DNA of 32,000 nt from Geobacter metallireducens GS-15 (GTDB taxonomy: Bacteria; Desulfobacterota; Desulfuromonadia; Geobacterales; Geobacteraceae): contig NC_007517.1 in assembly GCF_000012925.1 (NCBI RefSeq), positions 780,001 through 812,000 on the forward strand. Reading direction: 5' to 3'. A model generated the notes under the pieces. That model was not told the DNA's origin and ran no database searches. It saw only the letters and a program-made list of their open reading frames with translations. Below are positions 8,432 through 15,964 of this stretch, one piece after another (the first letter of the stretch is position 1; each line of letters begins with the position of its first letter). The translations under genes and the position numbers were made by a program.

Positions 8432-10255
8432 ATGAAAAAGAAACTGCTCTCTTTTGCATCTGCCGCCGCCCTTCTGTCGACCGCTGTTGCCCCGGCGGCC
8501 TTTGCGGCAACAGCGCCATTAGCGGACGGCACCTATACGATCACGGTCAGCAAGTTCAATTCCAATGGTACGCTCTCAACGGTGTCGTCGAATTCTGCCG
8601 TTGCGACGGGGGGAAAGCTCGATTTCACCCTCCCGTCCATGCCGACCAGGAACGATGCCAATTTTCTCTTCTTCGAGTTGAAAGGTGTCAACGGAACGGT
8701 TGTGCGGCAGGGATTCGCTCCGGCACCGCCGGCGAGTGCCACCAACAAGCTCGGCATAAACGAGATGTCCGACAAGCAGGCGCAGGTAGTGAAGCAAGCG
8801 GCAGCCCTGGCAGGGAGCGATGATCCGATCCTGATGTCATACCTTCTGGTCATGCTCCGCTCTCCCGATATCAATGATGATGATATCTCCATGATTGCCC
8901 AGATGGGTAAGGCGGGAATTTTGGGTAGCGGTGGTTTTGAAGGTTTTTTGACATCCCCGTCAGGTGGAAACACAACCACCAATCAGTTGAAATCTCTCAA
9001 GGATTGCCTCATCTACAACAGCGATGGGACCCAAAAAACCCTCCGGAGCTTCACGGAAGGGTACTATGACGCTGTCAACATGATGACAGCGGACGAGCAG
9101 AAGGAAATGCAGAGGGCCGGGGGGCTGATGGGTGAAATATTCATCGATGCCGCCACCTGTGCCGGGATCAAGCCCGACCTGGTTCTTGCCGCCCACAATG
9201 CCGCAGGTGTGGCCGTTTATGACGACGAGAGCATGGCAGCCCTAACGGCCCATAATCCCAGCTTTGCCAGCGCCATGGAAAGTGCCATGACCACCTTCCA
9301 CATGAGGATTTCCGCATCGAACCTTGCCGGCGAATATTCCAAGGCGCTGACTGCCCTTGGTGCCTCCGGCAGCCAGGTAACCGATTTCCTCAATGCCAGC
9401 CGGAGCCTCATGACAAGCTTCGAGAGCCTTGACGCCCAGTATGCCGGGTTCTACGCGGATCCGGAGAGCTACGCGGCATCCAAGGGAACGACAGTGGACA
9501 TTGTCCAGACAGAACTCCAGGATGCCTTCCAGGCAGCATTCACTACTTTCCAGGGGGCCATTGCTTCCAAGGCTACCGATATCAGTGCAATGAAAACGGG
9601 TGTCCTGACGATGCTGCCGCCAGGGTCGACGTTACCCAATACCTTCGGGACCTATACGATGTTTGCCGCCCCGGACCAGGCGACGTGTAAAGCCGCCGGC
9701 GGCACGTGGGGAGGGGATTGTGTCGCCAACTGGCCCATTCCCCAGACGGTCATGGTGACGTGGCTGGCAGGCATTCTTGGCAATGGCGGCGACTTTGCCT
9801 ATACGCGGGACACGACGCCGCTTCAGTCTTTCGCCGAGGGGTTCTGGGACGGCGAGTGCACCATAGCCGCGCCGGATCAGGCCGCCTGCACCATGAATGG
9901 CGGCATGTGGACCCAGGCCAGCACCTGCGTAGTTATGACGCAGAAGGGGATGTGCGAGGGGGTAGGCACCTGGAGCGCCCGGCACACGTTCTCATCGGGC
10001 AACGCCGCATTCAATGCCTTCCAGGGGATCCAGGAAGATATCGCGATTCTGGAGATGAAGCGGCAGGCGGAACGGGAGACAATAGCAGCGAGCGAGAAAG
10101 AAGAACAATATAACGAAATGCAGGCCAAAAAGAACTTTGTCGATGGCTTGGCAACGCTCGCAGGCAAAATAACCGGCAGGACCAACGCCACAACCCCTCT
10201 CACCGAGGCGCTGAAGCAGGCGATCATCGCCCTGATGCGGCAACCGAACATGTAG
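8432..10255 (+). CDS. Secreted 607-aa protein of unknown family (beta N-domain, Ala-rich helical core, Cys-loop region); module copy A
   Basis: AGGAAAGGA RBS is present. Signal peptide is MKKKLLSFASAAALLSTAVAPAAFA|AT. It is a full-length paralogue of 11718-13682. No recognisable catalytic motif. Confidence 0.85.
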   Translation: MKKKLLSFASAAALLSTAVAPAAFAATAPLADGTYTITVSKFNSNGTLSTVSSNSAVATGGKLDFTLPSMPTRNDANFLFFELKGVNGTVVRQGFAPAPPASATNKLGINEMSDKQAQVVKQAAALAGSDDPILMSYLLVMLRSPDINDDDISMIAQMGKAGILGSGGFEGFLTSPSGGNTTTNQLKSLKDCLIYNSDGTQKTLRSFTEGYYDAVNMMTADEQKEMQRAGGLMGEIFIDAATCAGIKPDLVLAAHNAAGVAVYDDESMAALTAHNPSFASAMESAMTTFHMRISASNLAGEYSKALTALGASGSQVTDFLNASRSLMTSFESLDAQYAGFYADPESYAASKGTTVDIVQTELQDAFQAAFTTFQGAIASKATDISAMKTGVLTMLPPGSTLPNTFGTYTMFAAPDQATCKAAGGTWGGDCVANWPIPQTVMVTWLAGILGNGGDFAYTRDTTPLQSFAEGFWDGECTIAAPDQAACTMNGGMWTQASTCVVMTQKGMCEGVGTWSARHTFSSGNAAFNAFQGIQEDIAILEMKRQAERETIAASEKEEQYNEMQAKKNFVDGLATLAGKITGRTNATTPLTEALKQAIIALMRQPNM

Positions 10256-10268
10256 GCAACCGGCGGGT

Positions 10269-10290
10269 GCGGGCGGCATGATCCGCCCGC
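10269..10290 (+). terminator. Perfect GC hairpin between the large gene A and the TonB-like gene (possible attenuator or partial terminator)
   Basis: GCGGGCGG-catgat-CCGCCCGC followed by gcttctttacc. The first in-frame ATG (10278) sits in the loop. Confidence 0.4.
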
Positions 10291-10301
10291 GCTTCTTTAC
10301 C

Positions 10302-11039
10302 ATGGACACGATTCAGCGTTTCATTATAGCTTCTCTGGCGCTCCACGGGGTGATTCTCGCCGCCGTTTCCTCGTATGATTCCATGACAGCCAGGCGCCAC
10401 AGGGTTCAGACCGCCAACTGGGTTGTGGACGTTATTACGGACATACGCAGCGAGCAGGCGGGGCCCGATAACAGCGCGGCAGTTCAGGACCAGGAAGTTC
10501 TGCCATCCCAGGATGAACCGCAGTCGCAGCCGCCCCCTGAATCTGCTGCCCCTGCGGAACTCCCCCCTGACGCCCCCCCCGCGCCTGTCCCTCCCGCCAG
10601 CCAGGCCGATCCATCAGTCGGCTCAACTGGAACCGGCGGGCAGGCGAGCGCCCCTGTCAATACCGTTGCCCTGACCGGCGCCTTTCTCAGCCAAGGGTTT
10701 CGCAACACCATGAATGCCCAGGCCATAGTCGCGCAGCTGGGGAACTACCGGAGGGTTTCGGGTCTGGCTCTCAAGGGGATGGTCTCGCAGGCCCTTCCCG
10801 CCGAAGAGCGTCAGCGGCCGGACGAGGTTCGGGGTACCGTTCTGGTAACCTTCCAGGACGGCGCTGTCGCCTCCCTTTCGGTGGAGTCGGAGGACGAGCA
10901 GTTCCGCTCCCTCCTCCGTGACCGGATCGACTGGAGCCTCCTCCCGGCGCCGCGCCAGTTTTCCCTCCCCATTTCCCGTGTCGCCTGTACGGTCAGCGTC
11001 TCCAACGGCAAAATCAGGGTCGGGGTCGGTCCGATCTGA
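10302..11039 (+). CDS. TonB-like protein (N-terminal membrane anchor, Pro-rich spacer, C-terminal TonB_C-like domain)
   Basis: MDTIQRFIIASLALHGVILAAV is the anchor. QPPPESAAPAELPPDAPPAPVPP is the spacer. GTVLVTFQDGAVASLSVES...LLPAP is the tail. The start at 10302 is preferred because 10278 lies in the hairpin loop. No exbB/exbD genes are in the window. Confidence 0.6.
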   Translation: MDTIQRFIIASLALHGVILAAVSSYDSMTARRHRVQTANWVVDVITDIRSEQAGPDNSAAVQDQEVLPSQDEPQSQPPPESAAPAELPPDAPPAPVPPASQADPSVGSTGTGGQASAPVNTVALTGAFLSQGFRNTMNAQAIVAQLGNYRRVSGLALKGMVSQALPAEERQRPDEVRGTVLVTFQDGAVASLSVESEDEQFRSLLRDRIDWSLLPAPRQFSLPISRVACTVSVSNGKIRVGVGPI

Positions 11040-11056
11040 TTTTTCCTTATCACCTC

Positions 11057-11215
11057 ATGGACTCCACGGCCGACACTCTCGGCCTCCCGGTGTCGCGCCC
11101 CCTTGCCCTTGCCAACAAGCGCCCCAAGGATCACCTCATGCGCCGGGAGTTTTCCATGATCCGCCGCATGCAACCTGTCGGTCATCGTTGGCGGGGTGGC
11201 GTTGGTTATTCTACG
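11057..11215 (+). pseudogene. Duplication-junction scar: 5' fragment of the DUF2156 gene fused to a 3' fragment of the DUF4149 gene
   Basis: 11057-11120 aligns with 13857-13920 (MDSTADTLGLPVSRPLALANK versus MDPMTDIPGFPAARPLFLADK). 11122-11215 aligns with 7867-7975 (PKDHLMRREFS versus PKDHPMRREFS) and is then frameshifted. Confidence 0.8.
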
Positions 11216-11247
11216 GCAGCGATCTCTATCCGCTCCGTTTATTTTAC

Positions 11248-11283
11248 GGCCCATCCGGCATCCGCTGGGGGGCCTTTTGTTTT
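11248..11283 (+). terminator. Duplicated copy of the DUF4149 terminator
   Basis: GGCCC...GGGCC stem followed by TTTTGTTTTG, in a position equivalent to 8007-8040. Confidence 0.35.
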
Positions 11284-11562
11284 GAATGCACAGGGTCAGT
11301 GCAGTCTGGCGCTATTCATTAAGCAGTGAACGGTGTTTTGTTTTTTGTGCGGCTTGATAACGTTTGGTAACTCCTGATTGCGGTTGGTTATTTCGTTTCT
11401 GGTTTTGTACGGCGACAAGTGCGTTAACTGGAGCTGTTGTGTGTGTTTGTAACAATTTTTTTCTAAAGTTTTGCCAATATATGCCGAATCAAAATCTACA
11501 GTCATCAACTTGGAACGAAGACAACAGTTGCAGTTCAATAGCGAAAGAGGAGGTACGGAACG

Positions 11563-11691
11563 ATGAACAAGAAATGGTTGGTTATGATCAGCATGGTTGT
11601 CATGGCCTGCGCTCTTATAGCCGGGTGTGGTGGCAGTAGTGGCGGCTCGGGCGGCGGAACGACGGGAACGATTTCAGGGACTGCCAAGTAA
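11563..11691 (+). CDS. Mini-lipoprotein B (42 aa precursor, predicted 21-aa mature lipopeptide)
   Basis: Below the ORF-track size cut-off. AGAGGAGG lies 8 nt upstream. ATG 11563 to TAA 11689-11691 encodes MNKKWLVMISMVVMACALIAG|CGGSSGGSGGGTTGTISGTAK. It has the same lipobox and C-terminal motif as copy A. Confidence 0.7.
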   Translation: MNKKWLVMISMVVMACALIAGCGGSSGGSGGGTTGTISGTAK

Positions 11692-11717
11692 CGTCGCGCA
11701 CAAGGAGGGAAAAAACA

Positions 11718-13682
11718 GTGAAAAGAAATCTCATGACGTCCATTGGTGCCGCCGCCCTTGCTACTGCCCTGGTCGGGCCAGCCTCGGCCGCGCCAGCCGA
11801 CCCGTTGGCAGCCAACACTCAGTATGCCGTTTTGGTCAAAAAGATGAACAGCGACGGCTCTACGACGCTGGTTGATTCGGCTAACGCCACCACCGATGCC
11901 GATGGCAAACTCACCTTCAACTTCACCACAATGCCCACCAGGCCCGATACCAATTTCATTGTCTTCGAGGTGAAGGATACCAACAGTACCGTCCGGCAGG
12001 GAATCGCGCCGGCTCCCCCGGAAAACGACCCTAACCTTCTTGGCATCAACAACCTCTCCACAGTCCAGACGAAGGCGCTCCTGGCCGCGGCTGCCGAAGC
12101 CGGCAGTGACGACCCGATCATGATGGCCTATGCCCTGACGCTGCTCCGTTCTCCCAATGCGACGGCGGATGACACCACCATCATTGGCAAGCTGGGCAAG
12201 GGGGCAATCATTGGGGGATTCGAGGCGTTCCTCACGGACCCGGCCAAGGGGAACGTGAGCACCGAGGGATTGGCGAAGCTCAAAGAGTGCCTGGTATACA
12301 ACGAAACCGAGGGGGCCAAAACTCTCCGTGACTTCACCGAAAGCTTTTACAATGCCAACGCGGCGTCCAGCGATGCCGCTGCCGACCAAGAGATGCAGAA
12401 GGCCGGCGGGTTCATGGCCGAGATGTTCATGGATGCGGCCAAATGCGCCAATATCGACCTGGGGCTCATCAATGCGGCCCACAATGCGGCGGGAGACGCC
12501 GCCGAGGCGATTGAGGATCCTCCCGGCACTCCCATCATGACCGGCCTGAGTTCGGCGGTTCAAATTGCCATTGAGCAGGCCATGTCCACCTTCCACAAGA
12601 GGATTGCCATCGTCAAGGTGTCCGGCGAGTATAGCAAGGCCCTCGCCGCCCTGAATGCTTCCGGTGCCGAAAGAGACAGGTTCCTTGCCGCCGTTAATGA
12701 CGTGGCAACGGCCATGGGAGCGGTGGAATCACAATATGCCGGCTTCTATGTGGACCCTCAGGCCTATGCGGATGCCAATTACCCCGGGGCGGGAGATGCA
12801 AATGCGCGTATTGCCGCGGCGCAGGCGGACATAGACGCCGCATACCAGACTGTCTGGAACAATTTCATGACGGCCATGGCTTCCACCGATGATGACATAA
12901 CCGCCATGAAGGCGAAGGTGGTTGCCGGCTTCGGTTTTTCACCGGGCCAGTTGCCGTCTGATTTCGGGAAATTCATGAACTCGGAAAGTCAGAGCATCAA
13001 CTGGCCCATTCCCCAGACGGTCATGGTTTCATGGCTGGGAGACCTGATGGGGGGGGGTGGGACGTTCAGCTACCTGAACAACCGGGACGATACCCCCATT
13101 CCCAACTGGGTAACGTGGATGGGAAGTTGCACCAAGGCCGCTGATCTGGCTACGGCGTGTGCGAGTTTTGGCATGACTTGGGGCGGAAACAACTGCGTGA
13201 CGCCCATACCTGACCAGCTAACCTGCGAACAACGCTCTAATCTTTTTTGGTCGGGAAGCAGTTGCCTGGTGAGCACCGACGCGCTAGGGGCGAGTGCCTG
13301 CCAGGGCGGATCGTACTACGACGCAGCCAGTGGCAAATGCGTCGTGATGGGACAAATGCAGGACACGTGTGGTATCGCTGGAGGGACCTGGACCACCGCT
13401 CGCACCGACTACTCGTCAATGCCGGCCCAGATGGGTGCATTCCGCGATCTGCTCGCCTTGCAGGAAGACATCAATATCATTGATTTTGAACGGATGAGCA
13501 TCTGGCAGGGGGCGGGGGCAAACCCGACCGGAGCGGAAGAAGCTGCCGCAAAGCTTGCATTCGAGCAAAACCTGGCCTCCATCAAGAATAACATTGCCGC
13601 CACCACCAACGGCACCACGTCCATAACCGCCGAGCAGAAGGCAGCCATCGTCAAGCTGATCATGCAGCCCAGTATGGACTGA
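11718..13682 (+). CDS. Secreted 654-aa paralogue of the 8432-10255 protein; module copy B
   Basis: GTG start lies 8 nt after GGAGGG. Signal peptide is MKRNLMTSIGAAALATALVGPASA|AP. It is collinear with copy A and has an expanded Cys-loop region (8 Cys versus 6 in that region). Confidence 0.85.
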   Translation: MKRNLMTSIGAAALATALVGPASAAPADPLAANTQYAVLVKKMNSDGSTTLVDSANATTDADGKLTFNFTTMPTRPDTNFIVFEVKDTNSTVRQGIAPAPPENDPNLLGINNLSTVQTKALLAAAAEAGSDDPIMMAYALTLLRSPNATADDTTIIGKLGKGAIIGGFEAFLTDPAKGNVSTEGLAKLKECLVYNETEGAKTLRDFTESFYNANAASSDAAADQEMQKAGGFMAEMFMDAAKCANIDLGLINAAHNAAGDAAEAIEDPPGTPIMTGLSSAVQIAIEQAMSTFHKRIAIVKVSGEYSKALAALNASGAERDRFLAAVNDVATAMGAVESQYAGFYVDPQAYADANYPGAGDANARIAAAQADIDAAYQTVWNNFMTAMASTDDDITAMKAKVVAGFGFSPGQLPSDFGKFMNSESQSINWPIPQTVMVSWLGDLMGGGGTFSYLNNRDDTPIPNWVTWMGSCTKAADLATACASFGMTWGGNNCVTPIPDQLTCEQRSNLFWSGSSCLVSTDALGASACQGGSYYDAASGKCVVMGQMQDTCGIAGGTWTTARTDYSSMPAQMGAFRDLLALQEDINIIDFERMSIWQGAGANPTGAEEAAAKLAFEQNLASIKNNIAATTNGTTSITAEQKAAIVKLIMQPSMD

Positions 13683-13688
13683 AAGAGC

Positions 13689-13729
13689 GCGGGGGACGGC
13701 TACCACCGTCCCCCGCAAAATATATTTTC
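13689..13729 (+). terminator. Intrinsic terminator after the large gene B
   Basis: GCGGGGGACG-gctaccac-CGTCCCCCGC is a 10-bp stem followed by AAAATATATTTTCG. Confidence 0.7.
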
Positions 13730-13739
13730 GTCTCAGTGC

Positions 13740-13785
13740 CAGCGTCTCCAACGGCAATATCCGGGTCGGGGTCGGCCCGAGCTGA
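13740..13785 (+). pseudogene. 46-bp remnant of the 3' end of a second TonB-like gene
   Basis: CAGCGTCTCCAACGGCAATATCCGGGTCGGGGTCGGCCCGAGCTGA aligns with 10994-11039 (CAGCGTCTCCAACGGCAAAATCAGGGTCGGGGTCGGTCCGATCTGA), including the stop codon. Confidence 0.8.
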
Positions 13786-13856
13786 TTTCTTGCCTCACCG
13801 CCTCAGGGGAAATTTGTCCGCCGCTCTCCTCTCCGCGTCTGCTATACTCTTTCCCC

Positions 13857-14747
13857 ATGGACCCCATGACCGACATCCCCGGCTTTCCGGCGGCGCGCCC
13901 CCTTTTCCTCGCCGACAAGCCCTTCTTCGCCGCCGTTTTTGCCGAACTCCAGCCCCGGGTCTCGGAGCTTACCTTTGCCAATCTCTACCTCTTCCGGGAG
14001 GCCCATGACTATCGGCTCACCCGGGTGGGTGACTCCCCCGTGGTGCTCGGAAAGGGGTACGACGGCGAGGAGTACTTCCTCCCTCCCCTCGGTGGAGATG
14101 TGGCTGGTGCCCTCCGGGTGCTCCTTGATGCAGGGATGACCCTCTACGGGGCCGACGAGCCCTTTGTGTCCCGGTACCTGGCCGTCGGGGGGGTGGCCGT
14201 GGAGGAAGACCGGGATGCCTTTGACTACCTCCACCTCCGGCAGGCACTGGCGGAACTCCCCGGCAACCGCTTCCACAAAAAGAAAAACCGGATCAACTAT
14301 TTCACCGCTCGGCATTCCTTCAGCGTGGTTCTTTACGGCGAGGCCCACCGCGATGGCTGCCTGGCGCTCCTCGACGAGTGGCGCCGGGTCCGCAACGGTA
14401 TCGACAGCCCTTCCCTGGAACTGGAGACGAAGGCAGGGGCGGAGGCCCTCATGCTCGCGGACCGCCTCGGCCTCGAAGGGGTGGTGGTGCTCGTGGAGGG
14501 AGGGGTGGCTGCCTTCGCCCTGGGGGAGCGGCTCAATCGCGACACGTCGGTCTGCCATTTCGAGAAGAACGATCCGTTCATGGAAGGGGTTTCCCAACTG
14601 GTGGACCGGGAGTTCAACCGGCTCCTCTTCACCGACTGCACCTGGACGAACCGCGAGCAGGACCTGGGGGAACCGGGGCTGCGGGCGGCGAAGCTCTCCT
14701 ACCATCCGGATGAACTGGTGAAGAAGTATCGGGCACGCAGGGTGTGA
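13857..14747 (+). CDS. DUF2156 protein (lysyl-phosphatidylglycerol synthase C-terminal-like / GNAT-like fold)
   Basis: Contains FANLYLFR, FHKKKNRINYF and NREQDLGEPGLRAAKLSYHP blocks typical of DUF2156. Confidence 0.7.
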   Translation: MDPMTDIPGFPAARPLFLADKPFFAAVFAELQPRVSELTFANLYLFREAHDYRLTRVGDSPVVLGKGYDGEEYFLPPLGGDVAGALRVLLDAGMTLYGADEPFVSRYLAVGGVAVEEDRDAFDYLHLRQALAELPGNRFHKKKNRINYFTARHSFSVVLYGEAHRDGCLALLDEWRRVRNGIDSPSLELETKAGAEALMLADRLGLEGVVVLVEGGVAAFALGERLNRDTSVCHFEKNDPFMEGVSQLVDREFNRLLFTDCTWTNREQDLGEPGLRAAKLSYHPDELVKKYRARRV

Positions 14748-14752
14748 TCGGC

Positions 14753-15835
14753 ATGAACGACGAGCTTCGCCGCCACTACGAGCGGTGGGTCTACCCCCGC
14801 TATCCCCTCCTTGCCTCGGTTCGCCCCTGGGACACCTATGCCCTGAACCTGGACACCCTCCATGCCCGCTTCAACGGCGCGCTCCCCAGCAGCCATGCCC
14901 GACGCATCCTCCTGGCCGGGTGCGGGAGCTTTTCACCGTACCCCACCTCCCTGGCCAACCCCGGCGTCCCCATCACCGCCCTTGACCTGTCGGCCGCGAA
15001 CCTGCGGCGGGCCCGGCTCCATTGCCTGGTCCACGGCCGGTTCGGCGTCGACTTCGAGCGGGGGGACATCCTTGACCCTGCAGCAGCTTCGGGGGAATAC
15101 GGCTTCATCGACTCCTTCGGGGTTATCCACCACCTGCCGGACCCCCTGGAAGGTCTGCGCGCCCTGGAGCGGCGTCTGGCGCCGGGGGGGATTCTGCGGC
15201 TCATGGTCTACAGCCGGGGGGGCCGGCGGGAGGCTGAATCGATCCGCACGGCCCTGCGGATCCTGAAGATAGGAGATGTGGCAACGGTGAAACGCCTCAT
15301 CAGGCGGGCGCCAGCAGGGTCCCGCTTCCGGCGATACGTGGACGCTTCCAGCGAGGCAGCCTTTGATGCCGGCATTGCTGACGCCTTCCTCCATCCCCGG
15401 ACCCGCACCTACCGCATCGACGAGCTCATGGCGCTGGTGGCGGAGACGGGGCTTACCCCCCTCATGCTCGCCCATGACAGTGCCCTCCCTTCTATGTCCG
15501 AGGAGATGGCGCGGCTGCGGCGCCTTGAGCGGGAAGGGGAGGAGACACCGAACTTCATCCTCTACCTGGGACGTCAGCCTCTCGGAGAGTGCGGCCTTTC
15601 CCCTGATGCCCGCCTCATGCTCAACCCGGCCCTCCGCACGGCGGTAGGACCCTTGCGACTGGCTCCGATCGTGATACCTCCGCGGCTTGGCCGGCCCAAC
15701 TCCCCCCTCGGCTTTGCCGAAAAACGCTTCCTGCGCCGTTTCATCTCCCCTGTCCCGGTGGCTTCCCTTGCCCCGGAAGAGCGTGAACGGGCGCGCCCCT
15801 TCCTCGATGCCCTCTTTCTGGTGGCGTTTCGGTAA
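14753..15835 (+). CDS. Class I SAM-dependent methyltransferase
   Basis: Motif I is ILLAGCGSFSP. Post-I is ALDLS. GVIHHLPDPLEGLRALERRLAPGGILRLMVY is also present. ATG 14753 is preferred; GTG 14744 overlapping the upstream stop is an alternative. Confidence 0.75.
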   Translation: MNDELRRHYERWVYPRYPLLASVRPWDTYALNLDTLHARFNGALPSSHARRILLAGCGSFSPYPTSLANPGVPITALDLSAANLRRARLHCLVHGRFGVDFERGDILDPAAASGEYGFIDSFGVIHHLPDPLEGLRALERRLAPGGILRLMVYSRGGRREAESIRTALRILKIGDVATVKRLIRRAPAGSRFRRYVDASSEAAFDAGIADAFLHPRTRTYRIDELMALVAETGLTPLMLAHDSALPSMSEEMARLRRLEREGEETPNFILYLGRQPLGECGLSPDARLMLNPALRTAVGPLRLAPIVIPPRLGRPNSPLGFAEKRFLRRFISPVPVASLAPEERERARPFLDALFLVAFR

Positions 15836-15840
15836 AATCC

Positions 15841-15869
15841 GGGACCGGGGATCGGGGACCAGGGACCGG
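15841..15869 (+). repeat. Second copy of the G-rich heptad element: GGG-ACC-GGGG-ATC-GGGG-ACCA-GGG-ACC-GG followed by A6
   Basis: Read directly from the sequence. It starts 6 nt after the methyltransferase stop. Confidence 0.8.
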
Positions 15870-15885
15870 CAAAAAAGCTTAACGG

Positions 15886-15914
15886 TTGACACGGCCGGCA
15901 GGGGACGGTATCAA
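15886..15914 (+). promoter_or_regulatory. Sigma-70 promoter for ychJ
   Basis: TTGACA-N17-TATCAA, followed by a 5' UTR hairpin GGTCCG-aac-CGGACC and a GGAG RBS before ATG 15965. Confidence 0.55.
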
Positions 15915-15964
15915 TAACCCGGTCCGAACCGGACCACCAATTACACCGTTTCAAGGAGCATCCC

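Noticed and set aside
7983-8532. Minus-strand ORFs containing a PPPPPPPPPP run
   Set aside because: The poly-Pro run is simply the complement of the Gly run (GGN codons) of mini-lipoprotein A. The ORFs also cross an intergenic promoter region.
11364-11639. 91-aa plus-strand track ORF overlapping the start of mini-lipoprotein B
   Set aside because: It is in a different frame from the lipobox ORF. It has no RBS and is not conserved in copy A, whereas the 42-aa frame is conserved.
13733-14008. Track ORFs 13736-14008(+) and 13733-13981(-)
   Set aside because: They span the TonB-like remnant, an intergenic region and an out-of-frame part of the DUF2156 gene. They have no independent support.
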